Assembly (NCBI GenBank): GCA_945860605.1
Contig: CAMAQL010000001.1
Span: 3,236-67,235, forward strand
Direction of reading: 5' to 3'
DNA from: Chitinophaga pinensis
GTDB lineage: Bacteria; Bacteroidota; Bacteroidia; Chitinophagales; Chitinophagaceae
DNA: 64,000 bases
Within the stretch, counting starts at the first letter, position 1; each line of letters starts with the position of its first letter. Below, piece by piece: positions 20,928-30,727 of this stretch. Below the pieces are notes generated by a model. The model worked only from the letters and a program-made list of their open reading frames with translations. It ran no database searches and was not told where the DNA came from. The translations under genes and the position numbers were made by a program.

Positions 20928-20969
20928 AAAATTGTTAGGGCTTTATAAAATATAAGCCCTAACAATTTT
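20928..20969. terminator. Perfect 16-bp inverted repeat; probable bidirectional terminator
   Basis: AAAATTGTTAGGGCTT-N10-AAGCCCTAACAATTTT between convergent genes. Confidence 0.7.
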
Positions 20970-20986
20970 GACCTATAATTATTTTG

Positions 20987-21010
20987 AAAAGGGTCCATTG
21001 GGCCCTTTTT
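20987..21010 (-). terminator. Second hairpin terminator downstream of the RlmI-like gene
   Basis: AAAAGGGTCC-ATT-GGGCCCTTTT with A/T tracts on both sides. Confidence 0.55.
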
Positions 21011-21049
21011 GGTTCTTGCTTATGTTTAAATCGATTTTGAGTAAAGGCT

Positions 21050-22225
21050 TTATTTATCACAAACCTCAACAATCAAGAATTTTAAATAATGGGTATTCTC
21101 CATTCCCCAAATAATAGGGTGATCGCTTGATTGTGATTGATACGTAACCTGTCTTATCCTTTTCTTGGCGTCTTTTGCGGCCATAAAGATGGTATCTAAG
21201 AACAACTCTGGACTCACTAGGTTGGTGCAACTAGAAGTGACTAAAAAGCCTCCATTGTTGATCATTTTCATCCCCCTTAAATTAATCTCTTTGTATCCAG
21301 TAACTGCTTTTTCGATACTACTTCTGTTTTTTGTAAAAGCAGGTGGATCCAACATCACCACATCATATTTTCTACCTTCTTTGCCCCAGTTTTTTAAGAC
21401 ATCAAAAGCATTCATTGCTTCAAATTTCACAATATGATCTAGCTTATTCAATGCAGCATTTCTATTGGCTTGTGCCACTGCATTTTCAGAAATATCAATA
21501 CCTAATACAGATTTTGCACCATAATGTGCAGCATGTATTTCAAAAGTACCTGTATAAGTGAAGGCGCCTAAAACATCTGCCCCTTTTACGATATGTTGAA
21601 TAGCACGACGATTGTCTTGCTGGTCTAAAAAATAACCGGTTTTTTGTCCATGCTCAATATCTACATAAAATTGTAAACCATTTTCTTGAATGATGATTTC
21701 TGTTGGAAATGGATCAGATAAAAAATCCTTCTTTTGTTCAAGTCCTTCTAGTTCTCTAACAGGCACATCGTTTCTTTCATAAATCCCCTTTGGCTTAAAG
21801 ATGGCATTGATCGCATCTACAATGGCAGTCTTCCATTGCTCAATACCCAATGATAAAGTTTGTAAAACAAAATAATCATTGAACTTATCAATGATCAAAG
21901 CTGGTAAGCCATCTGCTTCACCAAATACCAATCTACAATTTTCTGTATAGCCTAATTGTTGTCTATAGGCCCAAGCTTCACTAATTTTTTGATGGAAAAA
22001 TGCCGCATCAATATTGTCTCTTTTTCGAGTCAATAAACGGATCATGATTTGAGATCCTGGGTTGATATAGCCTCGACCTGCTAATTGACCGTCAAAGTAG
22101 TAGACTTCTACAATATCCCCTGGGGCAACTGTGCCAGCAATACGATCTATTTCGTTGTTATAAATCCATGGATGCCCCATGGCGATCCTTGGGGTAATGC
22201 GCTTATTTAGGTAAACCTTTGTCAT
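21050..22225 (-). CDS. rlmI: RlmI-family class I SAM-dependent rRNA methyltransferase (PUA domain plus MTase)
   Basis: GHPWIYNNEI, GEADGLPALIIDKF, GQKTGYFLDQ, VMLDPPAF. Confidence 0.85.
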   Translation of the reverse strand: MTKVYLNKRITPRIAMGHPWIYNNEIDRIAGTVAPGDIVEVYYFDGQLAGRGYINPGSQIMIRLLTRKRDNIDAAFFHQKISEAWAYRQQLGYTENCRLVFGEADGLPALIIDKFNDYFVLQTLSLGIEQWKTAIVDAINAIFKPKGIYERNDVPVRELEGLEQKKDFLSDPFPTEIIIQENGLQFYVDIEHGQKTGYFLDQQDNRRAIQHIVKGADVLGAFTYTGTFEIHAAHYGAKSVLGIDISENAVAQANRNAALNKLDHIVKFEAMNAFDVLKNWGKEGRKYDVVMLDPPAFTKNRSSIEKAVTGYKEINLRGMKMINNGGFLVTSSCTNLVSPELFLDTIFMAAKDAKKRIRQVTYQSQSSDHPIIWGMENTHYLKFLIVEVCDK

Positions 22226-22287
22226 TTGTCAAAGATAGGCACAGATTGAGTGACAACTTGTTCATTTTAAGCCCCTTTTATGTCAAT

Positions 22288-22319
22288 TTTGCTCTTTTAT
22301 TGCTTTGGCAATATATTTG
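22288..22319 (+). promoter_or_regulatory. Promoter of grpE-dnaJ
   Basis: TTTG (22288-91), N20, TATATTTG (22312-19). Confidence 0.7.
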
Positions 22320-22346
22320 CGTGAAGTAGAGTACAAATAGTCAATT

Positions 22347-22886
22347 ATGGAAGATAAAGAACAATTAAGTCAAGAACCAATTGCTGATACAGAAAATGGC
22401 GCTCAAACAGCCCCTGAAACCGAGGAGGTACCCTTGAGTGAGTTAGATCAGTTGAAGGCGGATTTGGCAGACCAAAAGGATAAATTTTTGCGCTTAATGG
22501 CAGAATTTGAAAACTTCAAAAGAAGAACCGCTAAAGAACGTGTGGATTTGATCCAAACGGCTGGAAAGGATGTGATTGTGTCTCTTTTGGATGTGATGGA
22601 TGACTGTGATCGTGCAGAGAAGCAATTGAATGGTTCTGACGATATCGCAGTTCAAAAGGAAGGCATCCAATTGGTTTTTAATAAAATTAGAGCAACCCTT
22701 CAAGCAAAAGGCTTAAAAGCAATGGAAAGCATTGATCAAGCATTTGATGTTGAATTACACGAAGCCATTACAGAAGTGCCTGTTCCTGATGCTTCAAAAA
22801 AAGGTAAAGTCATTGATGAAGTAACAAAGGGATATTATTTGAACGATAAAATTATTCGTTTTGCAAAAGTGGTTGTAGGTAAATAA
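22347..22886 (+). CDS. grpE: Nucleotide exchange factor GrpE
   Basis: [13 protein letters not shown] ... FDVELHEAI ... [17 protein letters not shown]. Confidence 0.98.
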   Translation: MEDKEQLSQEPIADTENGAQTAPETEEVPLSELDQLKADLADQKDKFLRLMAEFENFKRRTAKERVDLIQTAGKDVIVSLLDVMDDCDRAEKQLNGSDDIAVQKEGIQLVFNKIRATLQAKGLKAMESIDQAFDVELHEAITEVPVPDASKKGKVIDEVTKGYYLNDKIIRFAKVVVGK

Positions 22887-22896
22887 ACAAAGCAAT

Positions 22897-24066
22897 ATGT
22901 CAAAAAGAGATTTTTACGAAATATTAGGCGTGAGCAAATCTTCATCTGCAGATGAAATAAAAAAGGCGTACCGTAAAGTTGCGATGCAATTTCACCCGGA
23001 TAGAAATCCTGGTGATAAGGCAGCGGAGGAGAAATTTAAAGAAGCAGCAGAAGCCTATGAAATTTTAAGTGATACAGATAAGAAAGCAAAATATGATCGT
23101 TTTGGGCACCAAGCTTTTGGACCTGGAACTGCTGGTGGTGGTGGATACAGCGGCGGCGGTATGGATATGAACGATATCTTTAGTCAGTTTGGTGATGTGT
23201 TTGGTGATGATATGTTTGGAGGATTTTTTGGCGGTGGACAAAGTCGTTCTAGAGGTGGTGCCAAAGCTAGAGGCCAAAGAGGAAGTAATTTAAGGATCAA
23301 ATTAAAAATGAATTACGAAGAGATAGCGAATGGTGTTAACAAACAAGTTAAAGTGAAGAAGCATGTGCTTTGTACTACTTGTGGAGGCAATGGTGCTAAA
23401 GATAATTCTAGTATTCAATCTTGTGGTACCTGTAAGGGTTCAGGTCAAGTAAGAAAAGTGACCAATACTTTCTTAGGGCAAATGCAAACTGTAAATACAT
23501 GTCCTACTTGTAATGGAGAAGGAAGTACAGTGACTGCAAAATGTACCCCATGTAAGGGCGAGGGTAGAGTATATGGAGAGGAGACTATTTCAATAGACAT
23601 CCCTGCAGGTGTGCAAGATGGCATGCAATTGAGCATGTCTGGTAAAGGCAATGCGGGCGAGCGTGGAGGGTCTTCTGGAGATTTAATCATCATGATAGAG
23701 GAAGAGCAACATGAGTCCCTTCACAGAGATGGATTGAATGTATCCTTTGACTTATACATTACCATCCCTGACGCTATTTTTGGTACAAGTGTAGAAGTGC
23801 CGACCATTGATGCTCGTGCAAAAATTAAAATACCAGCAGGTACACAAAGTGGTAAAATATTTAGATTAAAAGGAAAAGGATTCCCAGAAGTACAAGGTTA
23901 TGCAAAGGGAGACCAATTGATTCATGTGAATATTTGGACACCACAAGAAGTAAGTGAAGAAGAAAAAGTTGCTTTAAATAAAATGCAAGAAAGTGAGAAT
24001 TTTAAACCTAAACCTATCAAAGGAGACAAAAGTTTTTACGACAAAGTAAAAGAAGCGTTTAAGTAA
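22897..24066 (+). CDS. dnaJ: Chaperone DnaJ
   Basis: J domain with HPD, G/F-rich region, four CxxCxGxG repeats. Confidence 0.99.
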   Translation: MSKRDFYEILGVSKSSSADEIKKAYRKVAMQFHPDRNPGDKAAEEKFKEAAEAYEILSDTDKKAKYDRFGHQAFGPGTAGGGGYSGGGMDMNDIFSQFGDVFGDDMFGGFFGGGQSRSRGGAKARGQRGSNLRIKLKMNYEEIANGVNKQVKVKKHVLCTTCGGNGAKDNSSIQSCGTCKGSGQVRKVTNTFLGQMQTVNTCPTCNGEGSTVTAKCTPCKGEGRVYGEETISIDIPAGVQDGMQLSMSGKGNAGERGGSSGDLIIMIEEEQHESLHRDGLNVSFDLYITIPDAIFGTSVEVPTIDARAKIKIPAGTQSGKIFRLKGKGFPEVQGYAKGDQLIHVNIWTPQEVSEEEKVALNKMQESENFKPKPIKGDKSFYDKVKEAFK

Positions 24067-24095
24067 TACTATTATATAATTGATAATAAGATTGT

Positions 24096-24131
24096 AAAAA
24101 AAAGGGACAATTTTAATTGTCCCTTTTTTTT
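24096..24131. terminator. Bidirectional terminator between dnaJ and hpt
   Basis: A8-GGGACAAT / ATTGTCCC-T8 stem. Confidence 0.85.
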
Positions 24132-24666
24132 ATGCTTTTAATTGATAAATGTCTCTACTGTTTCTTCCTAGTCCATCATAGTCCAGTCCATAGCCTACCA
24201 CAAATTTATTAGGAATGTCAAAACAAGCGTAATCAATTTGAACGGGATATATTAATGCTTCTTTTTTATTGAGTAATACTGCAATTTTAACCGAGGTAGG
24301 TTGCATACTTTCCAATTGAGGTAGGTAGTGATGTAAGGTCTTACCAGTATCAATAATATCTTCTAAGATAATGATATGCCTGTCTTTTACATTGATATCT
24401 AATCCTATTGCGGTAATCACATTGCCCGTTGAGCTAGTTCCTTTATAGGAGGCTAATTTAATAAAACTTACTTCGGCCTCTATGGTGATTTGCTTAAATA
24501 GGTCTGCAGTAAATAAGAAAGAGCCATTAAGAACGGATAAGAATAGAGGACGCTTCCCTGCGTAGTCTTGATTTAATTGTACTGCCAGCTTGGTAATCTT
24601 TTCTTGAATTGCAGCTTCTTTTAAATAAGGTTCAAATGTTTTATCTAAAACTTGTATGGTAGACAT
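24130..24666 (-). CDS. hpt: Hypoxanthine phosphoribosyltransferase
   Basis: VLNGSFLFTADL, ILEDIIDTGKTL, FVVGYGLDY. Confidence 0.97.
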   Translation of the reverse strand: MSTIQVLDKTFEPYLKEAAIQEKITKLAVQLNQDYAGKRPLFLSVLNGSFLFTADLFKQITIEAEVSFIKLASYKGTSSTGNVITAIGLDINVKDRHIIILEDIIDTGKTLHHYLPQLESMQPTSVKIAVLLNKKEALIYPVQIDYACFDIPNKFVVGYGLDYDGLGRNSRDIYQLKA

Positions 24667-24693
24667 ATCTATAATTTTGGAGTAGATGAATAT

Positions 24694-25944
24694 TTATTTT
24701 TTTCTTTTATTAAACAATAAGCTATTGTCTTTTTTTATTACAGTACTATTTTCTTTTTCTTTGAACAATAATACTTGTGTGCCTTCTTTAATAGAATCTG
24801 TTAATTGAGGGTTGTATAATTTTAAAGCGCTAAGTTGCACACCTTCTAATTGACTAATCTCGTGTAAACTAGTATTGTATTTGACCGTATGAAATGAGGT
24901 GGCACCTATTTTCTTTTTTGACGCAAGAAAAATCAATTGATCTCTTTCTAAAAGATTTGAAGCTTCAATTTCATTGTATTCAAATAGCTTGTACAATGGC
25001 AGATTGTACTTAAGTGCAATTTCAATAAAAGACATATTTTCTTTTCCGAGGATCACTGGCACTTGATTAATCCTAAATTTAACTTCTGGGTAATTGTAGG
25101 TTGGCTGTTTAGGTAAGATAGGCTTAGTCATTGTTGTTGCTTTGGTCGTGTCTATCTTTACAGGTTCTTTTTTAGTCGTTTGAACGGCAATGATGACCTC
25201 TTTTTTGATCGTATCTAATGCAACAACAGGCAATGGAGCTAAACTATCATTTGAGTTTTTTTGAGCAATCCCTAAAGGCTTATTTAAAGTTTTTACGGGC
25301 GTTTCAACAATCACTTTATTTACAGGCGTATCAACAAGCACATTGTTTACGGGCGTATCAGAAGGTGTCTTTTTTACGGGCGTATCAGCAAGCACATTGG
25401 CGCTTGCTTCTTCTTCTTCAATTTCGTTTGCTAGCTCTGGGAAATTGTATTGTGCTAATTCATAGTCGTCTATGATTTTTAATAATTTTTTAGGGTAGTC
25501 AGAAGCGGTAGCATACCCAGCTTTTTTAAGTCCATAAGCCCATGCGGTATCATCCACTGGATCTAGTAAAAATAAATCTACATAGTTTGGACGATTTTTT
25601 AGAAAATTAGAATGGTCTTTAAAAGATAATTCAGCTTCCTCATAGGCTCTAAAACATTCTTGTTTTGCATCATCATCTTGATAGGTTTTTGCACCGGTCC
25701 AATCTGACTTGCATTTAATACCAAAGTGGTTATTATGGTTTTTAGCTAAATTACTTTCACCACTATTCGATTCTACAATTGCTTGAGCAAGGGTGATCGA
25801 AGCAGGTACCCCAGTTCTTTTCATTTCCTTCATTGCAATCGTTTTATACTGCGCGATATAATCGATGGTTGTTGCATTGTTTTGTGTCCAACCAATTTGG
25901 ATGGTCATGCATAAAATCAATATCAAAAGTATAGGTTGCTTCAT
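24694..25944 (-). CDS. Secreted glucosaminidase (GH73-like) with a low-complexity linker and C-terminal LysM-like domains
   Basis: PASITLAQAIVES, NNHFGIKC, AWAYGLKKAGYAT; signal peptide. Confidence 0.9.
   Translation of the reverse strand: MKQPILLILILCMTIQIGWTQNNATTIDYIAQYKTIAMKEMKRTGVPASITLAQAIVESNSGESNLAKNHNNHFGIKCKSDWTGAKTYQDDDAKQECFRAYEEAELSFKDHSNFLKNRPNYVDLFLLDPVDDTAWAYGLKKAGYATASDYPKKLLKIIDDYELAQYNFPELANEIEEEEASANVLADTPVKKTPSDTPVNNVLVDTPVNKVIVETPVKTLNKPLGIAQKNSNDSLAPLPVVALDTIKKEVIIAVQTTKKEPVKIDTTKATTMTKPILPKQPTYNYPEVKFRINQVPVILGKENMSFIEIALKYNLPLYKLFEYNEIEASNLLERDQLIFLASKKKIGATSFHTVKYNTSLHEISQLEGVQLSALKLYNPQLTDSIKEGTQVLLFKEKENSTVIKKDNSLLFNKRKK
25294..25401 (-). repeat. Four 27-nt in-frame tandem repeats encoding x5-(D/E)TPV units
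   Basis: Units begin at 25294, 25321, 25348 and 25375 (TAC(G/A)GGCGT(A/T)TCA...). Confidence 0.85.
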
Positions 25945-25945
25945 A

Positions 25946-26584
25946 TTATTTTTTTCTAATTAAGGTCAATCCGTCTCTAACGGTCAACATAATTTTTTCA
26001 ATATCTTTGTGTTGTAAAATGAATTCGTTGAATGCATGTATTGCCAATGCATTTTTTCCTGTTATCGTTTCTTCAAACACTTGTCCATGAAATAATACAT
26101 TGTCTGCAATGATCACGCCTTTATCCGAAAGCATAGGTAGAACTAAATTCACATAATCAATATAACTAGTCTTGTCTGCATCAATAAACACTAAGTCCCA
26201 TTGCTTTGTAAGGGTAGGGATGATTGCTTTGGCATCTCCAATATGTGAGATGATTTGATGTGCTTTTGGGCTTGTATTAAAATGAGTTCTGGCTGCATTT
26301 GCATCTTCGGCCCTAAGTTCAATGGTATCTAATGTTCCTGTGCTACTTAATCCTTCCGCTAAGCATAAAGTACTAAAGCCTGAAAAAGTACCTATTTCTA
26401 AAATGGATTGTGGTGCCATTAGCTTACTAAAAAAGCTTAAAAAGCCTCCTTGGTTCCAATTGCTTTGTAAATGCGCATGAGGATGAGTTGATATAGTTTG
26501 CTCATACATAGGCCTTAAATAGGCCGGTGTGGCATCACTATAATGCGCTACATAGTCGTTGGCAGCTTGTTGAATAAAATCCAT
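25946..26584 (-). CDS. O-methyltransferase (Methyltransf_3; COMT/TrmR-like)
   Basis: ILEIGTFSGFSTL, DLVFIDADK, IIADNVL, VRDGL. Confidence 0.9.
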   Translation of the reverse strand: MDFIQQAANDYVAHYSDATPAYLRPMYEQTISTHPHAHLQSNWNQGGFLSFFSKLMAPQSILEIGTFSGFSTLCLAEGLSSTGTLDTIELRAEDANAARTHFNTSPKAHQIISHIGDAKAIIPTLTKQWDLVFIDADKTSYIDYVNLVLPMLSDKGVIIADNVLFHGQVFEETITGKNALAIHAFNEFILQHKDIEKIMLTVRDGLTLIRKK

Positions 26585-26595
26585 GCTGCAAATGT

Positions 26596-28074
26596 CTATT
26601 TTTTTTCGCTATTAGCGCTTGAAATGAGCCATAATCCTATAAAAGTTATTCCTCCATTGATGATCAATAGTTCTTGACCAATACGGAAATCGCCAAATAA
26701 TTGCGCTTGGAAATAGTCTAGTACCAAACAAAGGATCGGAGCTAAAACGCAAATAACTGGAACAAGTGTATTGTTGATGCTTCTTTTGGTTAAAATTCCA
26801 AATGCAAAAAGACCCAATAATGGACCATAGGTATAAGAGGCGATTTTTAATAATAAATCAATGGTACTCTTATTATCTATCCATTTAAATGCCATCACCA
26901 TGATTAAAAAAATCAAGGCAAAAATTAAATGGGTTCTTTGTCTAATTTTCTTTTGTTGCGCCTCGGACCAGTTTTTATTTCTTTGTAATCCTAATATATC
27001 TATACAGAAACTAGAGGTTAAAGCAGTGATTGCCCCATCTGCACTTGGGAATAGGGCAGAGATTAATGCAAGAATAAAAATAATGGATAAGTAAGGAGGC
27101 ATATGATTTAAAGCCAATGTTGGAAATAAATCATCGCCTGTGGCAGTGATATTATTTTGAGCAGCATATAAATGTAATAAGCCACCTAAGTATAAGAATA
27201 AGCTAATTGCAATTAACATGGTGAACCCAATCGTAACCATATTCTTTTGTGCATCCTTAAGCGTTTTAACTGAGATGTTTTTTTGCATCATTTCTTGATC
27301 CAACCCAGTCATTGTTAAGGTTACGAATGCACCTCCAATAATTTGCTTTAAGAAAAAGGATTTACTATTTACGTCTGTACTAAAAACATCGGCTAGGTGT
27401 ATGGATGCATCTCCAGCCAAAGCTTGATTTTGCATGGCAGTCAATCCTTGTAATACTGACAAGTCAAGTTCAGATAAGATATAGATACTACATATAATCA
27501 AGCCCAATAACATACCCGAGGTTTGTAAAGTGTCTGTCCAAACAATTGTTTTTACACCACCCTCATAGGTATACAATAAGATCATGACTAAAATGACTAC
27601 TGTAGTAGCCCAAAAAGGCACATGCATATTGTCAAGAATAAAGTATTGTAAAATTTTGACAACTAAATACAATCTAGCAGTTGCACCTAATGTTCTTGAT
27701 AGAATAAAAAAAGAGGCCCCTGTCTTGTATGCGCTAAATCCTAATCTACCTTCTAGGTAATGATAAATGGATGTCAAGTTTAACTTATAATAAATAGGTA
27801 GTAACACATATGCGATGGCTATATAACCAATTAAATAACCTAATGTAATTTGTAAATAATGAAATGCATCCTTTCCAACTGCACCAGGCACACTCACAAA
27901 AGTGACACCACTTAATGAAGTGCCAATCATACCAAAAGCAACCAACATCCAATTGCTATTTTTATTTCCAATGAAAAACGACATGTTATTACTGTTCTTG
28001 CCAGTGATTTTAGCGACACCTAATAACACTAAAAAGTATAGAATTACGAATATAAAAAGGGTGGTTGCGCTCAT
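26596..28074 (-). CDS. Sodium:solute symporter (SSS family); start moved to ATG 28074
   Basis: Multi-TM protein; FFIGNK, SGVTFVSVPG, TYEGGVKTIVWTD, GLDQEMMQK. Confidence 0.92.
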   Translation of the reverse strand: MSATTLFIFVILYFLVLLGVAKITGKNSNNMSFFIGNKNSNWMLVAFGMIGTSLSGVTFVSVPGAVGKDAFHYLQITLGYLIGYIAIAYVLLPIYYKLNLTSIYHYLEGRLGFSAYKTGASFFILSRTLGATARLYLVVKILQYFILDNMHVPFWATTVVILVMILLYTYEGGVKTIVWTDTLQTSGMLLGLIICSIYILSELDLSVLQGLTAMQNQALAGDASIHLADVFSTDVNSKSFFLKQIIGGAFVTLTMTGLDQEMMQKNISVKTLKDAQKNMVTIGFTMLIAISLFLYLGGLLHLYAAQNNITATGDDLFPTLALNHMPPYLSIIFILALISALFPSADGAITALTSSFCIDILGLQRNKNWSEAQQKKIRQRTHLIFALIFLIMVMAFKWIDNKSTIDLLLKIASYTYGPLLGLFAFGILTKRSINNTLVPVICVLAPILCLVLDYFQAQLFGDFRIGQELLIINGGITFIGLWLISSANSEKK

Positions 28075-28165
28075 AGTTGATGATTTGTCATTTTGATATG
28101 GCAAAGTAAAGAGAATCTTTGACTTTTTTGATTATTTTGTGTCAGATCTTAACTAATGCTAATCT

Positions 28166-28720
28166 ATGAAAATACAATCTGTTACCGTCTTTTGTGGCTC
28201 TAAATCTGGGAATCAATTAGGATTTACAAATCAAGCAATTGAATTAGGCAATGCATTGGGGGAAAATGGGATTCAATTGGTCTATGGTGGAGGTGGTAAA
28301 GGCATTATGGGTGCCATTGCGGATGCTGTTTTAGCAAAAAATGGCAAGGTGGTAGGAATCATGCCTCGACTTTTATTAGAGTGGGAGGCGCAACACCAAG
28401 GATTAACGGAGTTAATTGTTACAGAAACAATGCATGATAGAAAAAAAATATTATTCGAAAAAGCGGATGTAGCAATTATCTTACCTGGCGGAATGGGCAC
28501 TATGGATGAATTATTTGAGATGCTTACTTGGAACAATTTAAACATCCATCAAAAAAAAGTAATCGTATTGAATTGGGAAGGATATTATTCTCCATTGATT
28601 GCCATGATGGAGCATATGCATAATGAAGGCTTCATGTATGATGATTGGAGAAATAGAATCACAGTTGTGAAAGATGCGGAAGCCGTGATGCAGACTATTC
28701 ACGCTTGGAGCGGAGAATAG
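28166..28720 (+). CDS. LOG-family (TIGR00730) nucleotide monophosphate phosphoribohydrolase
   Basis: VFCGS, YGGG..GIMG, MHDRK, PGGMGTMDE. Confidence 0.93.
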   Translation: MKIQSVTVFCGSKSGNQLGFTNQAIELGNALGENGIQLVYGGGGKGIMGAIADAVLAKNGKVVGIMPRLLLEWEAQHQGLTELIVTETMHDRKKILFEKADVAIILPGGMGTMDELFEMLTWNNLNIHQKKVIVLNWEGYYSPLIAMMEHMHNEGFMYDDWRNRITVVKDAEAVMQTIHAWSGE

Positions 28721-29315
28721 GAAAAGCAAAACCTGCTCTTATAATTGGTTCCGCTCTGTTATAGCCATCTCTGTATGGAGAATTTGGATTTTGCAATAGG
28801 TCAATCATGACACTAAAATAAGTCATTCCATTTTCTGATCTAGTTCCATATCCAATACCTGCCAACAAACTCTCTGCCCCAAAACGAAAACTTCTTGATG
28901 CACCCGCATTGACACCAATAGTACTTCTGTCTTTAAATCTGCTCCATGTATAATTGTATTCGGGTTGTATTTGAAAAAAAAACTTTTCAAGTGGCCAGAT
29001 CCTCGTAAATCCTCCCACACCTAGCTGAAAACTCCTGGAAGAAGTACCAGGTAATCCATTACTTATAGTTGGATTAAAGGATTGAAAGAACAAATTTGTT
29101 GAAGCACCCATGTCCACATAATCGTTGACACGCTTATAAACTTCAGGATTCAGTCCAAGTTGAAAGGAACCGGAACCTCCTCCAACCACTAAATTACCAC
29201 CTATAAAAAGTGGGTTCACATTCATAGAGGGCATGGTCTTTACGACTTCCTGCGCTTTTAACATATAGCCATTGCTTATAGCAAATAGGGTTAGGTATAT
29301 AAACTTCTTTATCAT
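28695..29315 (-). CDS. Hypothetical secreted protein, probable small outer-membrane beta-barrel
   Basis: Signal peptide; alternating amphipathic, Gly/aromatic-rich strands. Confidence 0.6.
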   Translation of the reverse strand: MIKKFIYLTLFAISNGYMLKAQEVVKTMPSMNVNPLFIGGNLVVGGGSGSFQLGLNPEVYKRVNDYVDMGASTNLFFQSFNPTISNGLPGTSSRSFQLGVGGFTRIWPLEKFFFQIQPEYNYTWSRFKDRSTIGVNAGASRSFRFGAESLLAGIGYGTRSENGMTYFSVMIDLLQNPNSPYRDGYNRAEPIIRAGFAFPILRSKRE

Positions 29316-30718
29316 TTTTTTAAATCAAAAATTTTACCAGCGTTTAAAATATGATTAGGATCAAATACTTTTTTAATACCCTTCATTAATTCCATCGTAA
29401 CAGGATCAAACACCACTGGCATAAAAGACTTTTGAATAAGTCCAATACCATGCTCGCCGCTAATGGTTCCGCCAAGCGATTTTACCAATTCGAATATTTT
29501 AATAAGGATGCCTTGTATCACTTCATTTTCATAACTCTTTTTGTAGAGTGGGTGGTTGATTCTAATATGTAAATTACCATCTCCTGCATGTCCATAAGAA
29601 ACCACTTTAAATCCATTCTCAGCGGCCAATGCTTTTACACCTTTTATTAATTTGGGTAATTCAGCTCTAGGCACCACAGTATCTTCTTCAATGGTATAAC
29701 CTGCTGCAACCGAAGCCTCATTGGCTTTTCGGCGTATTTTCCAAAGTTCCGTTTTCTGTTGGGCATCATCGGCAAAGTACAATTCACCTACTTCAAAATT
29801 GGTCAAAACTTCTGCGATGGCTTCCATATCCTTCATCAATACATCTTTATCATTGCCATCTACTTCTATAATTAAATGCGCCGCTAAGTTGTCTGTAATT
29901 GCAATCGCAGTGCTTTCGCATAATTTACTCGCTAATCTTATGGATTCAATTTCCATTAGTTCCATTGCACTTGGTGTGATACCAGCTCTAAAAATAGCAC
30001 TCACTGCCTCACTTGCTTTTTCTAAACTATCAAATGGAGCCAGCATTAATAAATCAAATTTTGGATGCGGGATTAATCTTAAAACAATTTTAGTTACAAT
30101 GCCTAATGTGCCTTCGCTACCCACAATTAGCTGCGTTAAATTATAGCCCGTTGCATTTTTCAACACATTCGAACCTGTCCATATAATTTCTCCTGTAGGT
30201 AATACAACTTCTAAATTTAATACATAGTCTTTCACTACGCCATATTTTACCGCCTTAGGTCCGCCTGAATTTTCTGAAATATTACCACCAATAAAACAAG
30301 ATCCTTTACTAGCAGGATCGGGTGGGTAGAACAAGCCTTTTTCTTTTACTGCATTTTGTAAAACTTCAGTGATCACACCGGGTTCGGTCGTGACTTGTAA
30401 ATTTCTTTCATCAATGTCTAAAATCTGATTGAATCTTTCCATCGCAATCACCAAACCTCCTAAATGAGGCAGGGCGCCACCTGTTAAACCCGTGCCTGCA
30501 CCTCTTGGTGTCACTGGGATTAAGTGTTTGTTTGCTAATTGCATTAATGCTGCAATCTCTTCTGTCTTTCTAGGCTTGACTACGACCGCTGGACTATAAT
30601 GTAATTTTTCCGTTTCGTCCCTGCCATATTTTTCAAAGCTCTCTTCGTCAGTGAAAACATATTCAGCACCAACAATGGATTTAATTTGTTCCAGTAATTC
30701 CGTTGTGATTTGTTGCAT
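29312..30718 (-). CDS. FAD-linked oxidase (GlcD / D-2-hydroxyacid dehydrogenase family)
   Basis: PRGAGTGLTGG, YPPDPAS, GHAGDGNLH, ISGEHGIG. Confidence 0.92.
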   Translation of the reverse strand: MQQITTELLEQIKSIVGAEYVFTDEESFEKYGRDETEKLHYSPAVVVKPRKTEEIAALMQLANKHLIPVTPRGAGTGLTGGALPHLGGLVIAMERFNQILDIDERNLQVTTEPGVITEVLQNAVKEKGLFYPPDPASKGSCFIGGNISENSGGPKAVKYGVVKDYVLNLEVVLPTGEIIWTGSNVLKNATGYNLTQLIVGSEGTLGIVTKIVLRLIPHPKFDLLMLAPFDSLEKASEAVSAIFRAGITPSAMELMEIESIRLASKLCESTAIAITDNLAAHLIIEVDGNDKDVLMKDMEAIAEVLTNFEVGELYFADDAQQKTELWKIRRKANEASVAAGYTIEEDTVVPRAELPKLIKGVKALAAENGFKVVSYGHAGDGNLHIRINHPLYKKSYENEVIQGILIKIFELVKSLGGTISGEHGIGLIQKSFMPVVFDPVTMELMKGIKKVFDPNHILNAGKIFDLKK

Positions 30719-30727
30719 GTATAAAAA

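Noticed and set aside
22240-22320. CIRCE/HrcA operator before grpE-dnaJ; absence of dnaK
   Set aside because: No TTAGCACTC-N9-GAGTGCTAA. The TGACA/TGTCA pieces are too degenerate to call. grpE-dnaJ without dnaK is normal for Bacteroidota.
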